Assembly: GCA_965240325.2 (NCBI GenBank)
Contig: OZ251246.1
Location: 1-64,000, forward strand
DNA length: 64,000 nt
Origin: Rebecca billardiae RCC1528
Taxonomy: Eukaryota > Protista > Haptophyta
Reading direction: 5' to 3'
The position numbers and the translations under genes are program-made. Position 1 is the stretch's first letter. Every line of letters starts with the position of its first letter. The notes under the pieces are model-generated. The model worked only from the letters and a program-made list of their open reading frames with translations, did no database searches and had not been told where the DNA came from. This document shows, one piece after another, positions 1-11,166 of the stretch.

Positions 1-3000
1 TGAGGCGCGTGCGCGACCAGCGGCATGCAGCAGCTGCGCGTAGAACGCGCGCGGCCGTGATGGCGCGCACCAGAGGCAGCTCGGACGAGGTGGGAGATGG
101 GGGCGCGGGGCGGGGGCAGCTGAGCTGGTGCGCGGCGCCAGCCACGTCCGCGGCGCGCTCCCGCCACGCGCCGCCGAGCAGCACGCGCTGCGATCGCTCG
201 GCTGGCTCGCACCGCCCCGCGCGCTGCCGTCGCGCCCACTTTGGCGCGCGGTGGACAGCCCCCGACGACAGCGCGCGCTGCCCCAGGCGGCCCAGCATCG
301 GTACGGCCGCGACAGCCCGCGAGCCTGGGGCACGGGCAGCCCGTGCGGGCCCGCGCGGGCATAGTCGCGGGATGCCACGCCTCGACCTCGGCCGCGGCGC
401 CGCGTGCTGCGCCGAGGTCAGACGAGCCCAGCCGAGCCGCACTGGACGCGGGCGCGCCTGGCATCGCGCGCTCGGCGCAGCCGGCTCCGGACGCACTAGC
501 TACCATGCATGCGCGGCGTTGCACTACACGTGGCGGCGCACCCGGGCGCAGAGGCGGGCTTGAGGACGGGTCGGTATCGCGCGTGGTGCGGGCAGCGCGC
601 GTGCGCCTCGGCCCCTCTCCGTGCACGCTCGCCGCCCCCGGCGCGGGTGCAGCCCCGCAGCGTGTGATGGCTCGCGGCCAGCCGATTGTCGCCAGGCTCG
701 CGTGCTGCCGGCGTTCGCGGCGCGAGTCGGCGAGAAGCCTGCACCATGTGGGCTGTCGCGCGTCAGACGCGCGCATATATGCCACCCTACTCGTGCGCAC
801 CCGGCCAAGCGCCCTCCACCGCATATCCGCCGCGCGTGCCCTGCCGCCTGCTGCGTGCTTGGCATATGCGAGGCAGCGCGGGGGCAACCACCAGTCGTCG
901 GTCGGCGATCGCCATCCAGCTTGCGCGCGCTGGGCGAGCGGCACACGGTTGCCGCTCACTACGCGCACAAGGTGCAATTTGGACGAAGAGTAAGATGGGG
1001 GGGCGGGGCGGGGGCAGCTTTGACCAGGGCGAGGCGCTGAGACGGTCGTGGCACTGCATAGCTGGCGCGCGCCGCGCTTCAAATCGGTAGTGGTGCGCTC
1101 GGGGGAGCAGATGACGAGCCATGGCTGGATCCGCCTCGAAAGCAGCATCATCATTCCAACCTACCGAGCCGAGTCCTCCGACGGCCAGCCACGCCGCTTG
1201 TCAGGGCGGATGCCGCCTCGCAGCGAGCTGAGGCCTCACGCGCACCGCAGCGCGGTCGCAGCGCCCAACCAGTTGAACCACCGCCCGAGAGCCGCCCGCC
1301 CGAGCGCCGCGCTGCAAATCATCCGTGCGCCAAAGCGAGTTGAAGCGCCGGGTGGATCCGCCTCTAGAGACGCGTTCCGACCGACCGAGTCGACCCCCTC
1401 GACGGTCAGCCACGCCGTCGGTCAGAGCGGACGCCGCCTCGCCGCGAACGGAGGCCTCACGCGCACGTCCGCGCGGTCGCAGCATCCAACCACCGCCCAC
1501 GAGCCGGCCGCGCGCGAGCGCAGCGCTGCAAAAGAAGCAGTGATGCACCAATGCGAGTCGAGGCGCCAGGTCGATCGGCCTCTAAGGACGCGTTCCGACC
1601 GACCGAGCCGACCCCCTCGACGGTCAGCCACGCCACCAGCTAGAGCGGACGCCGCTTCACCGCGAACGGAGGCCTCACGCGCACTGCCGCGCGGTCGCAG
1701 CGCCCAACCACCGCTGTCGAGCCGACGGCGCGAGTGCAGAGCTGCGAATCATCAGTGCGCCAAAGCGAGACGAGGCGCCGGATCGGCCTCGAAAGACGCG
1801 TTCCGACCGACCGAGCCGACCCCCTCGACGGTCCGCCACGCCACCAGTTAGAGCGGACGCCGCCTCGCCGTCAGCTGAGGCCTCACGCGCACGGCCGCGC
1901 GGTCGCAGCGCCCAACCACCGCTGTCGAGCCGACCGCGCGAGCGCCGCGCGGAGAATTATCAGTGCGCAAAAGCGAGTCGAGGCGCCGGGTGGATCCGCC
2001 TCAAAGGACGCGTTCCGACCGCCCGACCCGACCCCCTCGACGGTCCGCCACGCCACCAGTTAGAGCGGACGCCGCCTCGCCGCGAACGGAGGCCTCACGC
2101 GCACGGCCGCGCGGTCGCAGCGCCCAACCACCGCCCGCGAGCCGACCGCGCGCGCGCCGCGCCGCGAATCATCAGTGCAGCAAAGCGAGTCGAGGCGCCG
2201 GGTGGATGCGCCTCTAAGTACGCGTTCGAGCGACCCGACCCCCTCGACGGTCAGCCACGCCACCAGTCAGAGCTGACGCCGCCTCGCCGCGAACGGATGC
2301 CTCACGCGCAACGCCGCGCAGCATGAGCATCCAACCACCGCCGGCGAGCCGAGCGCGGGCGCGCCGCGCTGCGAATCAGTGCACCAAAGCGAGTTGAAGT
2401 GCCGGGTGGATCCGCCTCTAGAGACGCGTTCCAACCGACCGAGCCGACGCCCTCGACGGTCAGCCATGCAGCGAGTTAGAGCAGCTTATTCCGCATCGCC
2501 GTCAGCTGGCTCACGCGAACCGCAGCGTACGCGCGCCCGCCACCGCAGCCGGCTAGCCGACCGTGGGCGCGCGCCGCGCTGCGAACCGGCGCGCTCGGGC
2601 GGGATAACGCGTGTGGACACGCCCGACAGACGTCCCGACAACCACGCGCCACGGCAAAGGACGGCCGCTCTCCCTCGAAGCGAGGCGCGTGCGCGAGCAG
2701 CGGCACCCAGCAGCGCGCGCAGCGCGGCCGTGATGGCGCGCTCTGGAGGCAGTTCGGACGAGGTGGAGGATGGGGGCGCGGGGGCGGGGGCAGGCTGGGC
2801 TGGTGCGCAGCTCCAGACACCGCCGCGACGCGCTCGCGCCACGCGCCGCCGACCTAGCATGCGCTGCGGTCGCTCGGTTGGCTCGCGGCCCAACCCACGT
2901 GCTGCCATCGCCTGCCATCGCGCCCGATGGCGGCACGGCCGGTGGCGGCCACGCGCGCGCTGCCGCCGACGCAGCGTCGGTGCGGCCTCGACAGGTCGAA

Positions 3001-6000
3001 CCTTGGGCGCGGGCAGCCCGTGCGGGCGCGCGCGAGCACGCCGCGGGGCGCCACGCCTCGATCTCGGTTGCGCCGCCGCGTGCGGCGCCCAGGTCCGACG
3101 AGCTGACCAGCCGAGCCGCACGGCGTCGCGAGCTCGCCGGCGGCACCAGTCGGCACGGCTCCAGACGCAGCCTCTGTCCTGCAGCCGCCGCAAGAGCCTG
3201 GCTCGTAGTCGTCGCGTGCGCCCTCGCGCGAGCAGCCCGTTGGGCTCTACGCTTCGCGCTCGGCTGGACCGCCGCGTGCTGCGCCGCGGTTCGTCGTCGC
3301 ACCTTGCCAGCCGGAAGGCAGAGGCCAGCAGCTGTCAAGTGGTCGGAGCACTCAGCGCAGGCCGCGAGCGGCAACTGCGGCTACTTATGGCGGCGGCGGG
3401 CGCGGGCGCGGGTGATGGCTGCTTGGCTAGGCGACGCGCACGATGCAGCCAAGGCTCGCCAGCAGACGCTCGCCACCGCTGACGACCCGCGATGGTCACG
3501 CTCAAAGGGGCTCGTCTCGGCCGCGCCCAGCGGTGACGCAGTGGGCGCGTACGCGGGGCGGCAGTGCGCAGAGAGCTTGCTGCGCTCACGCGCGGTGCAG
3601 GGCCTGGTCGCTGCAGCGGCTGCCGCTCACTACGCGCACCAGGTGCAGGTTGGGCGAGGAGTAAGATGGGGGGCCGGGGCGGGGCCAGCTTCGACCCAGG
3701 CGTTGGGACGGCTGCGCGTCCTCCGAGCTCCCTGCCGCGCGGCCCGCCTCTGGGGCGCTGGCTTTGCGTCTGAGCCCACTCAGCACTACTAGGCTTCAGC
3801 AGCACTCAGCGGGCGCCAAGCTCGAGCTGCGGCGCGGCCACGGCGGCCCTGGTGCGGCGGCAGCGCGCACAGCGTGACGCGGGCTCACACACCCAAGCCC
3901 CACTGCGCGAGAGCCGCGCCACCGGCAGCCGCGACGCGCTGCTCGGCGCGGCTGCCTGGCTACGCTCCAGCCGCCTGACTAGGCCGCCCTTGCTGCCAGC
4001 GGGTATGCCCTCGCTGGCGTGGCCCGTTCACCCACCAATTCGGCCGTCCAAGTGGCCCGACTGCCCGCACACAAACATGCAGTGCTGCGCCACCTAGCCA
4101 GCCAGAAAGGCAGAAGCCAGCGGCAGCTGCCGAGTGGTCAGCGGGACACACTACCTGCAGGCAGCAGCGACTGAGACTCCGCATGGCGGCGGCGGGCGCG
4201 GGCTCGGGTGACGGCTGCCGACGAGACGGCGCTCACGATGCATCGACGGCTAGCCGAGGTGGACGCCCAGCATCGCGGACCCCCCGCCCGAACCGCCGGG
4301 CGCAGCTGCTGGAGAGCCCACTGCGGGCTAGCCGGAGGCAGGTCGGACGACGAGTGAGACGGGGGGGCGGGGGCGGGGGCGGAGGCCGCCTTGGGCTGGT
4401 GCAAGGCGCAGGGGCGGATACGGCGCTTCACGTGCGTACCTCCAGGCGCACGATCGCCCCGTGCGACGCGGGCTCGCGCCCATCTTGCGCCGCGGGATGC
4501 AGACTCGTGGGGAGAGGCCATGCTGGTTCGCGCGCAGCCGCGACCAACGGTCGTCGGTGACGTCGCGAAAAAAAGATGACCAACGCCGATATTCCAGGCG
4601 AGGGAATTCAGGGAAAAGTCAACTGGGCCTCGGAAGCCAGCATGGCGGCGCCGCTTCCCGGCCGTCCGCCGGAGGGCGGCTCTCGTGCGCGTCGCGTGCG
4701 CGCGCACGGCGGCCCAGTGGCGCGCGAGAGGATCCACGCGCCGTCGAAGCACGCGCCCAGAGCGCCGCTCACCACGTCCCACGCGCTGCCATCGCGACAG
4801 TGCGCGGCGGCGCGAGCGCACCGCCACTCCCCTCGCTCGGCCGCGCCGCCACGCAAACGCAGCCGGCTGCGCGCGGCCGCGCGAGCGCACGGCCGAGCGG
4901 CCGAGCGCGCGTGCTGGGGGGATGCACTCGCGTCTCCGCCACTCGCACGCACGACGCCGCGCAGTGCGTGGTGCCCGTCAGCAACGCGTGAACAGCTGCC
5001 AAGTCTGCGCGCAAAGCTCGGTCGCGGCGCGCGCGCGGCTGTTGAAAATGAAGGCTGCGCGACTCCTGCTCGCCACCGCCGACCCGCGGTGATCATGGGC
5101 GCCGGAGTGTGCGCTCGTCTCGACCGCCACGCACCACGGCAAGGGACGGCCGCTCCCTCGAAGCGAGGCGCGTGTGCGAGCGTGCGCAGCGCGGCCGTGA
5201 TGGCGCGCAGTGGAGGCAGCTCGGACGAGGTGGAGGATGGGGGCGCGGGGGCGGGGGCGGGCTGGGCCGGTGCGTTGCGCCAGCCACGGCCGCGGCGCGC
5301 TCGCGCCACGCGCCGCCGACCTAGCATGCGCTGCGCTCGCTCGGCCGGCCCACCCCACGCGCTGCCATCGCCTGCCATCGCGCCTGGCCGGTGCCGGCCA
5401 CGCGCGCGCTGCCGCCGACGCGGCGTCGGTGCGGCCGCGATAGGTCGAGCCTGGGGCGCGGGCAGCCAGTGCGGGCGCGCGCGAGCACGCCGCGGGGCGC
5501 CACGCCTCGATCTCGGCTGCGCCACCGCGTGCTGCGCCCAGGTCCGACGAGCCCAGCCCAGCCGCACGGCGCGGCGAGCTCGCCGGCTGCGCCAGTCGGC
5601 ACGGCTCCGGACGCAGCCTCTGACTTGCAGCCTTCGCCAGAGCCTGGCTCGTAGTCGTCGCGTGCGCACTCGCGCGAGCAGCCCGTTGGGCCCCACGCCT
5701 CGCTCTGGGCTGGACCGCCGCGTGCTGCGCCGCGGTTCGTCATCACACCTCTCCAGCCGGAAGGCAGAGGCCATCAGCTGCCGAGTCACAGCCGAGTGGA
5801 CGTGGTCGGAACACTCTGCGCAGGCCGCGCGCGGCAACTGTGCAAATGGCGGCGGCGGGCGCGGGCGCGGCTGCTTGGCTAGATGATGCGCATGATGCGG
5901 CCAAAGGCTCGTCAGACGCCCGTCGTCGCTGATCCGCCGCCCAATCGGCCCTACCAGAGGCGGCCCGGCCGCACCCGGACGCAGCGACCGGGCTGCCGGC

Positions 6001-8430
6001 CCTCTCAGACTTGAATGCAGATGGCGTGACTCCCAGCGCGGTGGGATAGGGCGGTGCCTGCGCGGCTGCCGCCCATCACCGCGATGCTGACCAGGCGTGA
6101 GCGCGCTCGAGTGTGCTCTTCTCGACCGCCACGTGCCCGCGCCGCGGCAAGGCGCACCCGCTCCTTCGACGTGAGGCGCGCGCGCGCCCGGCCGCACCGC
6201 AGAGGGACGGCCGTGCGCAGATGAGCTGGCGCTCACGCGCAATGAGGAGCGCCCTGATGCTTGCCGCTCACTACGCGGCCCACCAGGCGCAGGCTTGACG
6301 GAGGGTAAGATGGGGGGCCGGGGCGGGGGCAGCATCGACCGGTGCGAGGCGCTGGGCCGGCTGCGGCGCTCCACATCCGCAGCGCCCGGCCGCGCGGCCC
6401 GCCTCTCCGGCGCGGCCCAGCCAGCAGCGCTCGGCGGTAGCTGCCACTACAGCAGCAGCGCCCGGCAGGCGCCGCCGCGCGCGCCGCGCGATCTGCTCTG
6501 GCGCGGAGCAGCAGCCTCGGTGCCGCAGGAGCGTGCGCGGCGGGGCTCACACACACGTCCCACCGCGCAAGAGCCGTGCAATCGGCAGCCGTGACGCGCC
6601 GCTCGGCGCGGCCGCGCTCCCGCCCTGACTGGGCCGCCCTTGCTGCGCGCTGGGATGCCCTCGCTGGCGTGGCCCGTTCACCCACCACTATTCGGCCGTA
6701 GTCCAAGTGGCCCGATTGCCAGCACACAATCATGCCGTGCTGCGCCACGCTGGGCGCAACAGCGCACCTGGCCAGCCAGAAAGGCAGAAGCCAGCGGCAG
6801 CTGCCGACTGGTCAGCGGGACACACTACTCGCAGGCAGCAGCGACTGAGACTCCGCATGGCGGCGGCGGGCGCGGGCGCGGGTGACGGCTGCCGACGAGA
6901 CGACGCTCACGATGCATCGACGGCTCGCCTGTGGACGCCCAGCATCGCGGACCCCCCGCCCGAACCGCCGGGCGCAGCTGCTGGAGTGCCCACTGCGGGC
7001 TGGCCGGAGGCAGGTCGGACGGCGAGTGAGACGGGGGGGGCGCGGGGGCGGGGGCACCCTTGGGCTGGTGCAGGCGCAGGGGCGGATACGGCACTCCACG
7101 CACGTACCTCCAGGCGCACGACAGCCCCGTCCGACGCGGGCTCGCGCCCATCGGCGCCGCGGGATGCAGACTCGTCCCAGTGGGGAGAGGCCATGCTGAA
7201 TTCGCGCGCCGCCGCGACCAACGGTCGTCGGTGACGTCGCGAAACAAATACCAACCGATCGAGAGAAATCCGGCCTCAAAGACCAGCATGGCCGCACTGC
7301 ATCCCCGCCGTCCGCCAAGGCGGCTGTCGTGCGCGTCGCGTGCGTGCGCACGCCGGCGCAGTGGTGCGCGAGGGGATCCACGCGCCGTCAAAGCACGCGC
7401 GCCTCGGCCAGCTGGCCACGTCCCACGCGCGGCCTTCGCGGCGCGAGCGCACCGCCAGCCCCTCGCTCGGCCGCGCTGCCACGCAAACGCAGCCGGCCGC
7501 GCGCGGCCGCGCGCGTGCACTGCCGAGCGGTCGAGCGCGCGTAGTACTGGAGGGATGCACTCGCGTTTCCGTCGCTTGCACGACGCCGCGCAGTGCGTGG
7601 TGCCCGTCAGCCACGCGTGAACAGCTGCCAAGTCTGCGCGCAGAGCTCGGTCGCGGCGTGCGCGGCCGTTCAGCATAGAGACTGCGCTTCTGCTGCTCGC
7701 CACTGCCGACCCGCGCTGACCGCGCTCGGGTGTGCTCGTCTCGATCGCCACGTGCACGCGTCCTTGTAAGGGGCAGCCGCGCCTTCGACGTGACGAGGCG
7801 CGACCAGCTGCACTGCAGCAGCTTCGCGTCGGCGGCTCACACTGCCCTCATGGAGCGCACGGGAGGCGGCTCGGACGAGGTGGAAGATGGGGGCGCGGGG
7901 CGGGGGCAGTGTGGGCAGGTGCGCGGCGCCAGCCACGCCGCCGCGACGCGCTCGCGCCACGCGCCGCCGGGCAGCATGCGCTGCGGTCGCTCGGCTGGCT
8001 CGCTGCCCACCCCACGCGCCGCCATCTAGCGAGGCGCGAGCACACCCTGAGCAGCCGATGGCGGCCACGCGCGCTGCCCCCGATGCAGCGCCGGTGCGGC
8101 CGCGACAGCTCGAGCCTGGGGCGCGGGCAGCCCGTGCGAACGCGCGCGAGCATGCCGCGGGGCGCCACGCCTCGATCTCGGCCGCGGCGCCGCGTGCTGC
8201 GCCCAGGTCCGACGAGCCCAGCGCACAGCGCAGGAGCGCAGATCGAGCGTGCCCGTCAACAGTAGCGCCACTCGGCTCCGTAAGCAGCCTGGCTCGCGTA
8301 GTAGTCGCCGCGTGCGCCCTCATGCGTACAGCACAGGTGCCACGCCTCGCGCTCGGCTTGACCGCCGCCGAGTGCTACTCTGCGCCTGCTAGCATTCACT
8401 GGCTGGCGCGCGCCGATCAGCACTCATGAC
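1..8430. repeat. Degenerate tandem macro-repeat, unit ~2.5-2.7 kb, about 3.3 copies (open at the window start)
   Basis: The anchor GGCAGCTCGGACGAGGTGGAGGATGGGGGCGCGGGGC (with variants) recurs at ~76, ~2748, ~5215 and ~7865. GTAAGATGGGGG..GGGGCGGGG recurs at ~990, ~3661 and ~6305. Block ~3950-5080 matches ~6600-7710. No coherent coding frame is conserved between copies. Confidence 0.85.
1201..2530. repeat. Tandem satellite, ~210-220 bp unit, about 6 copies
   Basis: AGAGCGGACGCCGCCTCGCCGCGAACGGAGGCCTCACGCGCA-like starts at ~1203, 1424, 1642, 1850, 2062 and 2268. Each unit also carries ACGCGTTCCGACCGACCGAG..CCCCTCGACGGTC. Confidence 0.9.
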
Positions 8431-8809
8431 GCGACTCGTCAGTGACTTACCGACGCGGCAGCCGACGGCAGTAAGTACACGTATATGTATACCGGGCCAG
8501 ACTACTCGGACGAGTCCGCCCGGGACGGAGCGCGATCGCAACTATACGCCGGTGGACGACGATCGACGCGCGATCGATATGCAGCATGACGATGCTGTAT
8601 ATAGGCGCGCTGCGCGTGCCATGGCTGCTCGGCTGATCGGCGATACCGGTGGCAGTGACGCCGCCTGACCGCGTGATGCTGCGACGCGCCTGCGACTCTA
8701 CGACTGCTGCGCTAGCTCATCATGATGGCGGGCGCGCGGGCTATATATATACTGTATAGTATGTAAGCACATACGCCATCAGCATGGAGGATCACGCGCT
8801 TGCATCAAG

Positions 8810-10994
8810 TCAGGAGTAGGACGACGCGGGCCGGCCGCGCGGCGCGCGCAGCTCGCGCTGGATCTGCTCGAGCGACTTGCCCTTGGTCTCGGGCACGCAC
8901 CACGCGCCGAGCGCGGCGGTGGCGGCGCAGACGAGCGCGAACGGCGCGAACGCGTACGGCCCGAGCGCGTCCGCCACGCCGAGGAACAGCTGCCCCACCA
9001 GCAGGTTGGCGAGCCAGTTGGCCGACGCGGCGACCGACGCGGCGAGCGCGCGCGTCTCGGCGGGCATCAGCTCGGACGGCAGCAGCCACGGCACGGGGCC
9101 GAGCCCGACGCCTGCGCGCGCGCGCGCGCGTCGGGGCGCGCGCGTCAGCAGCGCACCCACGCGCGCGCGCGCGCGCGCAACAGACGGCGGCGCGCGCACC
9201 GAACGCGGCGACGAACGCGACCATGCTCGAGATGAGCAGCGGCGCCGCCCAGCGCGCGCCGCCCGCCGCGCCGACGAGCGCGAGCGTGAGCGCGGCGCCG
9301 GCGGCGGCCATGGCGGCGGCGGAGGTGACGAGCAGCGCGCGCCGGCCGGCGCGGTCCATCAGGTACACGCTCAGCGCCGTCACGCCCACGTTCCCCCCGT
9401 TCATCAGCACGGCGATGGCCGTGATCGTCGCCTCGGAGAAGCCGCTCGCGTGCAGGAACGTCGCCGAGTAGTTGAAGGCGTTGTTGATGCCCGAGAGCTG
9501 CTGCAGCACCATCAGCGCCATGCAGATGGCGAGCGGGTAGGCGGTGGGCGGGCGGAGCAGCCGGCCCAGCCGCGCGCCGCCGCGCGCCGCCGCCCGCCCC
9601 CCGCGCCGCTCCGGCTGCCGCTGCGCGCCAAAGCCGCGCCAGCCGCCGAGCTCGGGCGTCTTTGGCGGCGGCTCGGGCGGCGAGCCAAACGGCCGGCCGC
9701 CCTCGGCGTCGGCGGCGAGGAGCATGGCGTCGAGCTCCTCGAGCACGACCTCGTCGTCGGGCGCGGCGTCGCGCAGCAGCGTGAGCGTGCCCACCGCCGC
9801 GTCCACCTCGCCGCGCAGGCAGTGCCAGCGCGGCGACTCGACGAGCGCGCCGCCGAGCGCGAGCTGCAGTAGACCGGGCAGCGCGACCGCGCCCAGCACG
9901 AGCGGCCAGAGGCGCGGCGTGCCGAGCGCGGCGGGGAGGCCGAGGAGCTGCGCGACGAACATGGCCGAGACGAACGTCAGCTGGAACGCCGTGCCCAGCG
10001 TGCCGCGCAGGTGCGCCGGCGCCACCTCGCCCAGGTACATGGGCACGACGACGGTCGAGCCGCCCGACGCGGCGCCCGAGAGCGCGCGCCCGGCGCACAG
10101 CAGCGCGAGCCGCGCCCAGCACGGGCCGGCGGGCGCGGGTGCGCAGCAGCGCGGCAGCGCGCACGCGGCCTGCGCCGCCGCGCCGAGCGTGTACACCCCC
10201 GCGCTCGCGAGCAGGAAGCGCCGCCGCCCCCACGCGTCCGCGAGCGAGCCCGACGCGTTGCAGCCGAGCAGCGCGCCCGCGCAGAAGACGGACACGCACG
10301 TGGACCACGCGGTGTCGGCGCCGACGCCGGCGCCGACGGGGATGCCGAGCGCGGCGCGCTGCACGCCGGCCTGCGTGTTCATGCACCCGTTGTTGTACCC
10401 GAACTGCACCGCGGACAGCAGCGCGACGCCCGCCGTGCGCAGCAGCGCGCGCGTGAGGCCCGCCTCCTCGTCCACGTAGCAGTGCTCGTGCAGCTCGGGC
10501 GAGGCGGGCTCGGCGGCGCGGGCGGAGGGCGCGGAGCCGAGCGCGCCCTCGGCCAGCCGGTTCGCCGCGATCACGTCGATCACCGCCAGCCGCAGGTACG
10601 ACTTGCGCCGCGCGATCCCGCCGCCGCCGCCGCCGCCCGCGTCCGGCGCGAGGTTGACGGCGAGCGACGCGCGCGTGGCGATGCGCGAGGTGACGCCGGC
10701 GTGCGCGACGTACGCGAGGTCGGCGAGGGCGGAGCGCTTGTCGAAGGTGACCAGCCGCGGGATGTTGTGCAGGTCGTGCTCCGTCAGCCGGCGCTGCCCC
10801 CTCAGCAGCCCCTGCTTGAGGTCGCGCAGCCCCGAGAGCGCCGTGTCGGCCGCCTCGTGCTCGAGGCACGCGGCGGCGCTCGAGACGTGCGGGATGGTGT
10901 GCCCGGCGAGCGGCACCGCCTCGTCCGAGTCGTGCCGCCGCGCGCGCGCGATCGGCGGCCCGCGCGCCGGCCGGTCGCTGTCGTCGTCGAGCAT
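8810..10994 (-). CDS. MFS sugar porter (GLUT/SLC2-like hexose transporter), 2 exons (intron 9112-9199)
   Basis: Sugar-porter motifs are present: QFGYNNG, LADAWGRR, VVPMYLGEVAPAHLRG, VESPRW, QQLSGINNAFNYS, MDRAGRRALL, G-V-GLGPVPWLLPSEL, NWLAN and VPETKGKSLEQI. A GT..AG intron restores the frame. Start taken at MLDDD (10994). Confidence 0.93.
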
Positions 10995-11166
10995 TGCCGT
11001 CTGCGCGGGCGGGCGAGCCCTCCGTCGGGGCGGCGCGGGCCGAGAGACCAACTGTCCGGCCGCGCGCTCGTCCCCCCGTGGTCCGGGCGACTGGAGACGG
11101 CTAGGCGGACTTTAATTTTCCTTGTTTTTAAAAAGAGAGAAAGAAGGAAGGAGGAGAGACGAGCAG

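Noticed and set aside
1-8430. Many 100-590 aa ORFs in the left repeat block
   Set aside because: They are Arg/Ala/Pro-rich translations of GC-rich repeats; frames are not conserved between repeat copies and no domain motifs are visible.
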